Shown here one piece after another: positions 37,416 to 44,295 of a DNA stretch of 64,000 bases (positions within the stretch are counted from its first letter, which is position 1; each line of letters opens with the position of its first letter). Source of the DNA: a virus. The notes beneath the pieces are model-generated. The model saw only the letters and a list, made by a program, of their open reading frames with translations, was not told where the DNA came from and searched no databases. The translations under genes and the position numbers were made by a program. The stretch is taken from IMG/VR virus record IMGVR_UViG_3300042547_000432. One strand, written 5' to 3'.

Positions 37416-37488
37416 CTCCCCCACCTGGACTCGAACCAGGAACCCCAGAGTTAACAGCTCCGTGCTCTGCCAATTGAGCTATAAGGGA
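37416..37488 (-). tRNA. trnN: tRNA-Asn(GTT)
   Basis: CGGAG-CTGTTAA-CTCTG; G73. Confidence 0.9.
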
Positions 37489-37494
37489 ATGAAA

Positions 37495-37665
37495 TCAGGA
37501 TTGCTTACAATCCATCATGTATTCTACAGTATTTGCTATGTCATTCATAGCATCACGTAGATGTGGTTGTTGACCACTTTCTTGTCTAACCATTGGGCGA
37601 TGGTTATCGGTAAGAGACCAGCGCCATTGCTTTACAATAGCACAATACCATAGATTAATTTTCAT
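37495..37665 (-). CDS. Conserved small hypothetical protein (MKINLWYC...WRWSL)
   Basis: Start refined within the 94-aa ORF. Confidence 0.6.
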   Translation of the reverse strand: MKINLWYCAIVKQWRWSLTDNHRPMVRQESGQQPHLRDAMNDIANTVEYMMDCKQS

Positions 37666-37825
37666 GTTTGAAATATTCAAGTCTAATCCAGTTGAGAAGG
37701 GCATTGATTTCAAATGACGAATGATTTGGTGTGCCCAGATAATACTCAGTATTCTCTGCGTCGGCAACATATTTTTCAAGAGCTGCTATGGCAACTTCTC
37801 TGTCTCTTTGTGAAATAAGTGACAT
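37655..37825 (-). CDS. Small hypothetical protein (MSLISQRDREVAI...)
   Basis: GAGG SD upstream. Confidence 0.6.
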   Translation of the reverse strand: MSLISQRDREVAIAALEKYVADAENTEYYLGTPNHSSFEINALLNWIRLEYFKHEN

Positions 37826-37847
37826 GTTATTTATCCTCAAGGATAAG

Positions 37848-37919
37848 AGCGGGGTATCGGAATCGAACCGACGACATCTAACTTGGAAGGATAGCGTTCT
37901 ACCGCTGAACTAACCCCGC
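37848..37919 (-). tRNA. trnG: tRNA-Gly(TCC)
   Basis: CTATC-CTTCCAA-GTTAG; acceptor GCGGGGT/ACCCCGC; U73. Confidence 0.9.
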
Positions 37920-37920
37920 A

Positions 37921-38157
37921 GATGCTCTCTGCTACACTATGTATCTGCTACGATACCATGTAGTTTTGAGCAAACCCAACATATTGGGTTGCAATCTCCA
38001 GTTTTTCATGCCTTTGATTGCGTGATAGAGGCTTGATTGCGAAAGGCAATCTGTTTGAGCATATCATAACGACCGTGCCAATCTCGGACTAGGCTAACTT
38101 AATACTACCTGGCCAGATAGTTGGCGTCTTTCTAGGCTATCTGCCTAACGACTACCA
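37921..38157 (-). ncRNA. Putative 237-nt multi-hairpin RNA between tRNA-Leu and tRNA-Gly
   Basis: Hairpins at 37973-37990, 38035-38051, 38133-38147 and a loop-complementary segment at 38115-38120. Confidence 0.5.
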
Positions 38158-38158
38158 A

Positions 38159-38239
38159 TGTCGCTGAAAGGACTTGAACCTTCACGTTAAAAACACTGGA
38201 ACCTAAACCCAGCGCGTCTACCAATTCCGCCACAGCGAC
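38159..38239 (-). tRNA. trnL: tRNA-Leu(TAG)
   Basis: CTGGG-TTTAGGT-TCCAG; class II variable arm. Confidence 0.9.
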
Positions 38240-38243
38240 GTGG

Positions 38244-38317
38244 GGGCGGGAGTGGGATTTGAACCCACGACCTGCGGCTTATGAGACCGCTGAACTACCA
38301 GACTGTTCCATCCCGCG
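38244..38317 (-). tRNA. Initiator-like tRNA-Met(CAT)
   Basis: 5' CGCGGGA with unpaired C1; GCGGT-CTCATAA-GCCGC (third G-C pair of the initiator stem replaced by U-G). Confidence 0.8.
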
Positions 38318-38328
38318 TTGACCCCCAT

Positions 38329-38365
38329 ATTATATATGAGGGAAGTGGGGGTTGTCAATCCCCCC
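38329..38365 (-). promoter_or_regulatory. Sigma70 promoter, -35 inside G/C hairpin
   Basis: TTGACA-18-TATAAT; GGGGG-ATTGACAA-CCCCC. Confidence 0.7.
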
Positions 38366-38495
38366 GTTGCTCGGCTCGCCACCTGCCCTTTGACCAGAGG
38401 CAGGAAACTGGGCGGGAGTAACCCCATCCGCACCACCAGTTTTTGAGAGAAACTGGAAACTCATGAAGGGGGACTTCACCCGACCAGGGCAAGTT
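38365..38495 (-). ncRNA. Structured RNA with two repeated subunits, possibly manA-motif-like
   Basis: GTTTC-CAGTTT..AAAAACTG-GTGG and GTTTC-CTGCC..AAAGGGCAG-GTGG units; family name from memory, unverified. Confidence 0.55.
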
Positions 38496-38500
38496 TAGTG

Positions 38501-38695
38501 TCATTCCGAGACAGGTTGAGGAATCAAATCCTCGTATGCAGCTTCTACTGCTTTTTCAAAATCGTCGAAAGGTCCGTGGTTTACTTCATTATAGACATAA
38601 TAATATTTGTCTTCCACTTCCAAAACATCGAAGTAAGTAATAACTTCATCATCGTTGTCAAGTTTTTCAACAATTCTCATCTTAACAGGATTCAT
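38501..38695 (-). CDS. Hypothetical protein
   Basis: Start refined (MNPVKMRIVEK...). Confidence 0.5.
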   Translation of the reverse strand: MNPVKMRIVEKLDNDDEVITYFDVLEVEDKYYYVYNEVNHGPFDDFEKAVEAAYEDLIPQPVSE

Positions 38696-38705
38696 ACCTA
38701 AGCAT

Positions 38706-39071
38706 TCAAAGGGTAACATTGACTCCACCAGTACTGTTATAGTCCGTCCGTGACTCTGTATAATATGTATAAGGAGCAAATACATTCATATGCTCATTAA
38801 ACTTTACAGGAGTGCTGGCATACTTAAAATCATATTGTACTTTGCCATCTTCTCTTTTGGTTTTGTCAATAGAAATCAAACCTTCCACTGCGGAACCGCC
38901 CCTTTCTTTAGCAGCTGCTTCAATGCGCTCAGCAAACATCGTATTGTCAATTTCAATCAATGCTTTAGAAATCGCAGAGATTACATAAACACTTTCTTTA
39001 TCAGCAAACTTAAGTGCTGTGCGTAGAGCATCTTCTGCTCGCTCAAGTTGATACTTTACTGAGTCATTCAT
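38706..39071 (-). CDS. Hypothetical protein (MNDSVKYQLERAEDALR...)
   Basis: Start refined; overlaps upstream stop. Confidence 0.6.
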   Translation of the reverse strand: MNDSVKYQLERAEDALRTALKFADKESVYVISAISKALIEIDNTMFAERIEAAAKERGGSAVEGLISIDKTKREDGKVQYDFKYASTPVKFNEHMNVFAPYTYYTESRTDYNSTGGVNVTL

Positions 39072-39333
39072 CTTCATCATCGTCATCTCCTTTAATATAG
39101 CATGGAACTGTATCTGGGTCAAGCCACTTAGTATACTCAAAATCCTCAATCGCTGTCATAAACTGCATTTCGTTATCACAGAGATACATGTCACGGTAAC
39201 GACCAGTAAACGAACACATCTTCTGAATTCGATAATCTGGTTTGCCGTTAATCTCCAGGATGCCTGCTTGAACGTAGCGATAAGGGAAACGATCAAGAAT
39301 GGTCTTCACGCGGTTTGGGTTTGTTACACTCAT
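39064..39333 (-). CDS. Conserved cyanophage hypothetical protein
   Basis: DRFPYRYVQ.G.LEING.PDYRIQK...YLCDN.MQF. Confidence 0.7.
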   Translation of the reverse strand: MSVTNPNRVKTILDRFPYRYVQAGILEINGKPDYRIQKMCSFTGRYRDMYLCDNEMQFMTAIEDFEYTKWLDPDTVPCYIKGDDDDEDE

Positions 39334-39508
39334 TACAGTAGTAGGAGAATCCTGTGCGAAAGTATTTTACCACTTGGTAGTGGTCCTTGTCAAGGGGTTG
39401 CTCGGTGTGGCACTTGGAACAGATTCTAGTCCCACCACCAACAGAGATTTGTGAGCGTTGCGAGGAACTGTTCGTGATAGACTGTACGACTCGGATTGGG
39501 TTTACCAT
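39293..39508 (-). CDS. Small Zn-finger-like protein, start uncertain
   Basis: CSKC...CNEC; 83-nt overlap with upstream gene. Confidence 0.45.
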   Translation of the reverse strand: MVNPIRVVQSITNSSSQRSQISVGGGTRICSKCHTEQPLDKDHYQVVKYFRTGFSYYCNECNKPKPREDHS

Positions 39509-40013
39509 CTTTCATGTCTTGTAGATACTGGATTATACCACGAACTACTGGGGTGTCTTGGAAGTATTCGTGCATTCGGTAACAATCAAACTTCTCATTG
39601 TATTGAATGAAATCGTGAAGTGGATCCATGTTACGACGGTATCCCCAAATGAATACATCTTCATCTTTGATGCCATGTTTGTTGATGATTTCTAATGGAT
39701 AAAACTTTTGTCCATCTTCATCTTTCACAGCATCTTCTTCCCTTTCTTCTGTATCAAACTTGAAATGAAGACCATCATAATACTTTTCATGTAACTCTTC
39801 ATCTGGTGCTACACGAACTCGCTCATTCTTTGCCATGATATATTCCATGCGACCTTTGGCATCCTCGTTAGTCAAACGGAATACAATATTGCCAATGTAG
39901 TAATGTACGGGACCACCATAGAGGTGAGAAGATTCCCGTCTCCTGAATGATAGATGAGTAATCTCAAATCCAGGGTCTTCGTGTTCAGTTTCAACTAATC
40001 CTTGTGAAATCAT
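39426..40013 (-). CDS. Conserved cyanophage hypothetical protein
   Basis: 195 aa ending LCWWWD. Confidence 0.7.
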   Translation of the reverse strand: MISQGLVETEHEDPGFEITHLSFRRRESSHLYGGPVHYYIGNIVFRLTNEDAKGRMEYIMAKNERVRVAPDEELHEKYYDGLHFKFDTEEREEDAVKDEDGQKFYPLEIINKHGIKDEDVFIWGYRRNMDPLHDFIQYNEKFDCYRMHEYFQDTPVVRGIIQYLQDMKDGKPNPSRTVYHEQFLATLTNLCWWWD

Positions 40014-40213
40014 AGTTCAAAATTGTCGAGGTCTTTACCAGATTTGATATGCTGCTTGCGAAGTTTTTTTAGTTCCTTCATCATGTCTTTAATCTCTTTG
40101 TATGCTTCATCAGCATTCATTTTACCACCAACTTCTAAACCAACGATAAGTTCTACTTTGTCACCGAATCTAGCAAGGGCTCGCTCAAATTCAGTAAGTG
40201 TTTCGTAACCCAT
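40010..40213 (-). CDS. Conserved small hypothetical protein
   Basis: FERALARFGDKVE...EVGGKM.A.EAYKEIK. Confidence 0.65.
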   Translation of the reverse strand: MGYETLTEFERALARFGDKVELIVGLEVGGKMNADEAYKEIKDMMKELKKLRKQHIKSGKDLDNFEL

Positions 40214-40237
40214 AATAACCTCATGTGTTTGTTTATA

Positions 40238-40330
40238 TAGGGGCGGAGGGACTCGAACCCCCAACCGCACGGTAATCTGCCGTATACGAAAGGTATAAGC
40301 TTTCCGCTCTGCCAATTGAGCTACACCCCC
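40238..40330 (-). tRNA. trnI: tRNA-Ile(TAT) with long variable arm
   Basis: GAAAG-CTTATAC-CTTTC; variable region GTATACGGCAGATTACCGTGCGGTT; A73. Confidence 0.75.
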
Positions 40331-40337
40331 GTAAATA

Positions 40338-40410
40338 TGGAGAATAGCGGACTCGAACCGCTGACATTCGCCTTGCAAAGGCGCTACTCTACCAACTGAG
40401 TTAATTCCCC
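40338..40410 (-). tRNA. trnA: tRNA-Ala(TGC)
   Basis: GCGCC-TTTGCAA-GGCGA; G3-U70. Confidence 0.92.
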
Positions 40411-40557
40411 TTGTATTCGCTCATAGTATGAATATGGAAGAAGCATAACATCAGAACCATTAGCAGTCGTAATAATAAAACTTTCTTTATTGAGCATCAC
40501 AGCATCCATAATCTCATCAAAGTCGTGGCAAAAAGTTTCTTCTGTAATCGTTTTCAT
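40384..40557 (-). CDS. Phd/YefM antitoxin-like protein
   Basis: MKTITEETFCHDFDEIMDAV...ESFIIT.ANG.DVMLLPY fits the Phd N-terminal pattern. Confidence 0.6.
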   Translation of the reverse strand: MKTITEETFCHDFDEIMDAVMLNKESFIITTANGSDVMLLPYSYYERIQGELTQLVE

Positions 40558-40826
40558 ACCATACACTCCATGTCTTTTTCTTCTTGTAGGCAACCGATAC
40601 TAGTTAAATATTCGATGGTTTCATTACATCCTCCCATCAGATGACCATCAAGAGTCACACGAGGAAAAGTAGCACCTTCACCAAACTTATTATAGAATGC
40701 TTCCCTATTGAAGTCAACATCCAGTTTATACTGCGTGTATTTGACAGTAAAACTATCAAGGATGACCTTGAGCTTACGACAATATTCACAGTTATCTCTT
40801 GTGTAAATAACCAGTTGCGAAATCAT
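40554..40826 (-). CDS. Glutaredoxin
   Basis: YTRDNCEYC; ATFPRV...LMGGC. Confidence 0.9.
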   Translation of the reverse strand: MISQLVIYTRDNCEYCRKLKVILDSFTVKYTQYKLDVDFNREAFYNKFGEGATFPRVTLDGHLMGGCNETIEYLTSIGCLQEEKDMECMV

Positions 40827-40847
40827 TAATGTCTCCTAAAAGAAGAA

Positions 40848-40921
40848 TCGGCGTGGCAGGATTTGAACCTGCGACCTTCTGCTCCCAAAGCAGTTGCGCT
40901 ACCAAGCTGCGCTACACACCG
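40848..40921 (-). tRNA. trnP: tRNA-Pro(TGG)
   Basis: ACTGC-TTTGGGA-GCAGA. Confidence 0.92.
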
Positions 40922-40923
40922 TT

Positions 40924-41019
40924 GATGGAGTAAGCGTAATATACCTCAAGGATATAACAGAGGCTTACCCTCTATCTTGCTACGGCATTCTGGATTATCA
41001 GCTCCAGCGCAAGTAGCAA
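40924..41019 (-). ncRNA. 96-nt structured tRNA-trailer element, copy 2 (after tRNA-Ser-TGA)
   Basis: 93/96 identical to 37320-37415. Confidence 0.75.
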
Positions 41020-41104
41020 CGGAAGTGGTAGGATTCGAACCCACGATGGCTTTCACCATGCTTGTTTTCAAGACAAGTTCCTTCAACCACTCGGACACAC
41101 TTCC
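41020..41104 (-). tRNA. trnS: tRNA-Ser(TGA)
   Basis: CTTGT-CTTGAAA-ACAAG; long variable arm; G73. Confidence 0.92.
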
Positions 41105-41119
41105 ATTTGTTGACCTCCA

Positions 41120-41157
41120 TATTATATAGGAGGTCTGGGGGGTCTGTCAACCCCCCA
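41120..41157 (-). promoter_or_regulatory. Sigma70 promoter, -35 inside G/C hairpin
   Basis: TGGGGGG-TTGACAGA-CCCCCCA; TATATAAT downstream. Confidence 0.7.
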
Positions 41158-41163
41158 CGGTCA

Positions 41164-42042
41164 TCAGAATTTGATGCCGAGACCCGTGGTAAACACAGGC
41201 GAGTAGGTGCCGTTGGTAGCACCGTAGCTGTTAGCAGCGTTGGTGGTAGGGAATTTCAGATCAGCAAAACCAACGAGGGAGTTGGTGATACGACCTTCAA
41301 GACCAATAGCAAGCACAGCTTGTCCACGATTACCAACTGCCGATTGGAAGTTAGCATCAGAGTTGTTAACAAAAGGCACTTGATAACCAGCAGCAGCATA
41401 GATGTTAGCGGCGCTTACACCTGCCTTGCGAGCGATAGACCAGTCATAAGAGACGAGAGCACCACCAGCAGTGCCAATGTTGCCAGAGGGACCAGCAACG
41501 GCATTCAGATAAGGACGAATAGACACAGCATTCTGGTTGCTGAAGTTTTTCACAGCATAGCGAGCCTGGAGGGTAGCACCACCCACAGTCTTCTGAGCGG
41601 TCTGACCAGCACCAGCAACGCCTTGCTGATTCAGCAGCACACCGAGACCAACGTAGTTGCCAACGCCCTGTGCCTTGCGAGCAGCAGCGACCTCAAGGGC
41701 GCTCACGCGGGTGTTGGTAGCAGCAATCTCCTTAGCAAACTGAGCGCGTAGAGCAGCAGCCAGAGCAGCGTCAGCGGCGCTCTGATACTCGCTGATACGG
41801 TCAAGGCAAGCGTTAGTGAGAGCGGCGAGCTCAGCACGAGAAGCAGGTTCACCAGGCTTGAAAGTGCCGTTAGGATAACCAGCGACACAACCGTAACGAG
41901 AGATCAGGTTAGAGATAGCTTGATAAGACCAGTCAGTAGGTTGGACATCTTTCAGTTGAGTCACACTGGTAACTTGTGCCATGGCAGGAGCAGCAATAGA
42001 AGCAGCAGCAACACCAGCAGCAATAAATGAACGAATCATCAT
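41164..42042 (-). CDS. SLH-domain outer-membrane protein (cyanobacterial Som/porin-like N-terminus, short beta-barrel)
   Basis: Signal peptide; DVQPTDWSYQAISNLISRYGCVAGYPNGTF; coiled coil; alternating beta strands; terminal Phe. Confidence 0.8.
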   Translation of the reverse strand: MMIRSFIAAGVAAASIAAPAMAQVTSVTQLKDVQPTDWSYQAISNLISRYGCVAGYPNGTFKPGEPASRAELAALTNACLDRISEYQSAADAALAAALRAQFAKEIAATNTRVSALEVAAARKAQGVGNYVGLGVLLNQQGVAGAGQTAQKTVGGATLQARYAVKNFSNQNAVSIRPYLNAVAGPSGNIGTAGGALVSYDWSIARKAGVSAANIYAAAGYQVPFVNNSDANFQSAVGNRGQAVLAIGLEGRITNSLVGFADLKFPTTNAANSYGATNGTYSPVFTTGLGIKF

Positions 42043-42086
42043 AGTTTCTTAATGTTTAAACGACATGTCATGCCCGTAATGGGCAA

Positions 42087-42175
42087 CGGAAGTGGTTGGA
42101 TTCGAACCAACGGATGCCCATAAAGACATCGGCGGTTTAGCAAACCGCTGCTTTAGACCTCTCAGCCACACTTCC
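42087..42175 (-). tRNA. trnS: tRNA-Ser(GCT)
   Basis: GCGGT-TTGCTAA-ACCGC; long variable arm. Confidence 0.92.
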
Positions 42176-42177
42176 AA

Positions 42178-42525
42178 TCACTCAATCACTTCAACATCAA
42201 CTTGGTCAATTGATTCATCGAAGTCTTGAACAAACTCGGATGGAGAGAGATCAACAAATTCTTGTTTTAATTTTCTTTCTTCAATTTCTTTTGCTGCTTT
42301 ATCAATCGCATCCCAATCAGGAGCAGATTTCAATTCAACAACATCTGGAAGGGCAGAAGAATATTCTACCACTTCCATGTTGTTTCCACTGTCAACAATT
42401 TTTTGTGGATCTTCTTTGTTGTCAAATTGTTGAGCTTCTTCGATATTAGTTGACCACAATTTTCCTGGTTCGGTATTACCAGTCCAGTATCCATTATAAC
42501 CAACAACACGAACAATATATGTCAT
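42178..42525 (-). CDS. Acidic hypothetical protein (paralog of 42542..42832)
   Basis: MTYIVRV...YWTGN...EEAQQF. Confidence 0.6.
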   Translation of the reverse strand: MTYIVRVVGYNGYWTGNTEPGKLWSTNIEEAQQFDNKEDPQKIVDSGNNMEVVEYSSALPDVVELKSAPDWDAIDKAAKEIEERKLKQEFVDLSPSEFVQDFDESIDQVDVEVIE

Positions 42526-42541
42526 AATAAATTCCTCCAAA

Positions 42542-42832
42542 TCAAGAAGCTAGTTTTCTTAGATCTTCTACTGATAGTGGTGATTCTTCTACCACAGTTT
42601 CTTCAGATACTTCTTCTGTTTCTACTACAGGAAGTTCTACCGAGAGAGCATCCTCAGACTTTACCGCATTAAGAGTCGAATATCCATGAGACTCAGCAAT
42701 TTCCTTGAGTTCTTTTTCTGCTTCTTTCTTGGTAGCGTACTCTTTTGCTTCCGCAGCTTGATTTACAAAAACAGCTTCTGGATTGCCAGACCAGTAAGTT
42801 GGGTTTTCTCCTACTCTAATTAGATAAGCCAT
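42542..42832 (-). CDS. Acidic hypothetical protein
   Basis: MAYLIRV...YWSGN...AEAKEY. Confidence 0.6.
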   Translation of the reverse strand: MAYLIRVGENPTYWSGNPEAVFVNQAAEAKEYATKKEAEKELKEIAESHGYSTLNAVKSEDALSVELPVVETEEVSEETVVEESPLSVEDLRKLAS

Positions 42833-42876
42833 ATTTTTATTTAAACAATACGTTTATTCTATCCTATTTATACCAA

Positions 42877-43134
42877 TCAACGAATTTCAAAATCCAATTT
42901 CCTTGGTATCCTTTTAGTATAACCTGATGCCAAAGGAATGTCAAGCTTCTTTTCTTTCGGTTTTCCGATCCCATCAATAGCAGTTACTAATGAAAGGTCG
43001 TTGCCTGTAATGATAGGAAGACCATTCCTATCTAGCCTCAAAAGCGTATGATTATCACAACCACACGCTTTACTTTTATTTGCTTGGTATACTTCTATCT
43101 CTACGCCACATGCGTTACATCTTATCTTTGCCAT
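42877..43134 (-). CDS. Zn-binding hypothetical protein
   Basis: CNACG...CGCDN. Confidence 0.6.
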   Translation of the reverse strand: MAKIRCNACGVEIEVYQANKSKACGCDNHTLLRLDRNGLPIITGNDLSLVTAIDGIGKPKEKKLDIPLASGYTKRIPRKLDFEIR

Positions 43135-43342
43135 TTTCTTTTAACCATTCCATCATTTCTTTTTGCATTTTCTTTGATTCCTTATCAAGTTGTCGTTTCA
43201 TATTCCTTGCCATGTTCCAACGAATGAAGTTAATATGGAGTAATTTTAATCTAAGATTAATATACTCTGGAACATTTGGATCCTGCCATATGATATAAAT
43301 CATGGCACAGATTAGTATTAAAGAAATATAATATGTATTCAT
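43115..43342 (-). CDS. Small membrane-anchored hypothetical protein
   Basis: N-terminal TM helix. Confidence 0.55.
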   Translation of the reverse strand: MNTYYISLILICAMIYIIWQDPNVPEYINLRLKLLHINFIRWNMARNMKRQLDKESKKMQKEMMEWLKENGKDKM

Positions 43343-43350
43343 AGTTTATA

Positions 43351-43422
43351 TGGGCGATACTGGAATCGAACCAGTGACAGCTTGCTTGTAAGGCAAGAGC
43401 TCTACCGCTGAGCTAATCGCCC
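43351..43422 (-). tRNA. trnV: tRNA-Val(TAC)
   Basis: CTTGC-CTTACAA-GCAAG. Confidence 0.92.
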
Positions 43423-43721
43423 TGCCTAAGTTCTACGTGAACTTCACGATGACAGTTAGCACAAAGTATAGCACATTTGTCTAGTTCTGTCATTATCTTT
43501 TCCCAACTCCAAAGACGCATCTTATTCCAAGCTGCTTCTTTTTGTGTAGGGTCGAGATGGTGGAACTCTAAAACCTCTGAGTATTTATCATACCCACAAC
43601 GTTCGCACTTTCCACCTTTGTATTCTACAGCATCAAGTTTGCGTTGTTGCCATCTTTGAATACAATACTGATTGAAAGATGATTTCTCATCTTCGGTCAT
43701 CAGTTTATAAGGTTTTCCCAT
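43413..43721 (-). mobile_element. Free-standing HNH endonuclease gene
   Basis: CERCG...LEFHH...KCAILCANCHREVH; lies between two tRNA genes. Confidence 0.8.
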
Positions 43722-43761
43722 TTGCTTAGACCAAATAATTCTAATCTATTTATACGGGAAA

Positions 43762-43833
43762 CAGGCTCACCTGGAATCGAACCAGGGACGACCGCTTAGA
43801 AGGCGGTAGTTATATCCGCTTAACTATGAGCCC
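43762..43833 (-). tRNA. trnR: tRNA-Arg(TCT)
   Basis: ACCGC-CTTCTAA-GCGGT. Confidence 0.92.
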
Positions 43834-43851
43834 GTGTGTAGGATTATTATA

Positions 43852-44253
43852 TCACTGCTGAGGGCAGTTGTCAAGCCATGGAGCACAGAGTCTCATTGGA
43901 GGGGCGAGTGCTTTACACTCATCACTGTAGCATAATGTTTCGTCATTTGCTTCTTCTATATAGCGTGGTTTGTATACTTCTGCTTTTGATAAACCAGATT
44001 GTCTCCAATAATCATTGATAGCATTGGTGACATCTCTTTCTACTCTACGTTTTACTTTGTCAGGGTCTTCAGTAATAACCCTGTTAATAGAAGTTTGTGG
44101 GAAATATTTTCTTTGAATCTCGTCAAATAAATCCCAAAGATTGTTTTCATGGATTCCTGTACATTGTGAAAGTGCTGCGATAATAGAAGATAATACTATA
44201 CTGGTTGTTATAATAGTTTTTTTAGAGGGCTTGCCAATGTGAAAGTTAAACAT
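43852..44253 (-). CDS. Exported/lipoprotein-like hypothetical protein
   Basis: Hydrophobic N-terminus ending ALSQC; Cys-rich C-terminus. Confidence 0.55.
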   Translation of the reverse strand: MFNFHIGKPSKKTIITTSIVLSSIIAALSQCTGIHENNLWDLFDEIQRKYFPQTSINRVITEDPDKVKRRVERDVTNAINDYWRQSGLSKAEVYKPRYIEEANDETLCYSDECKALAPPMRLCAPWLDNCPQQ

Positions 44254-44295
44254 AAAGGGGAGTTCTGCAGCACTCCCCAATATTTATTCAGTTAT

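Noticed and set aside
36325-38157. tmRNA interpretation of the tRNA-like element or the 237-nt spacer
   Set aside because: No G3-U70 alanine identity pair and no tag ORF ending in an A-rich hydrophobic degron
41062-41751. 229-aa + strand ORF opposite the SLH protein
   Set aside because: Antisense shadow
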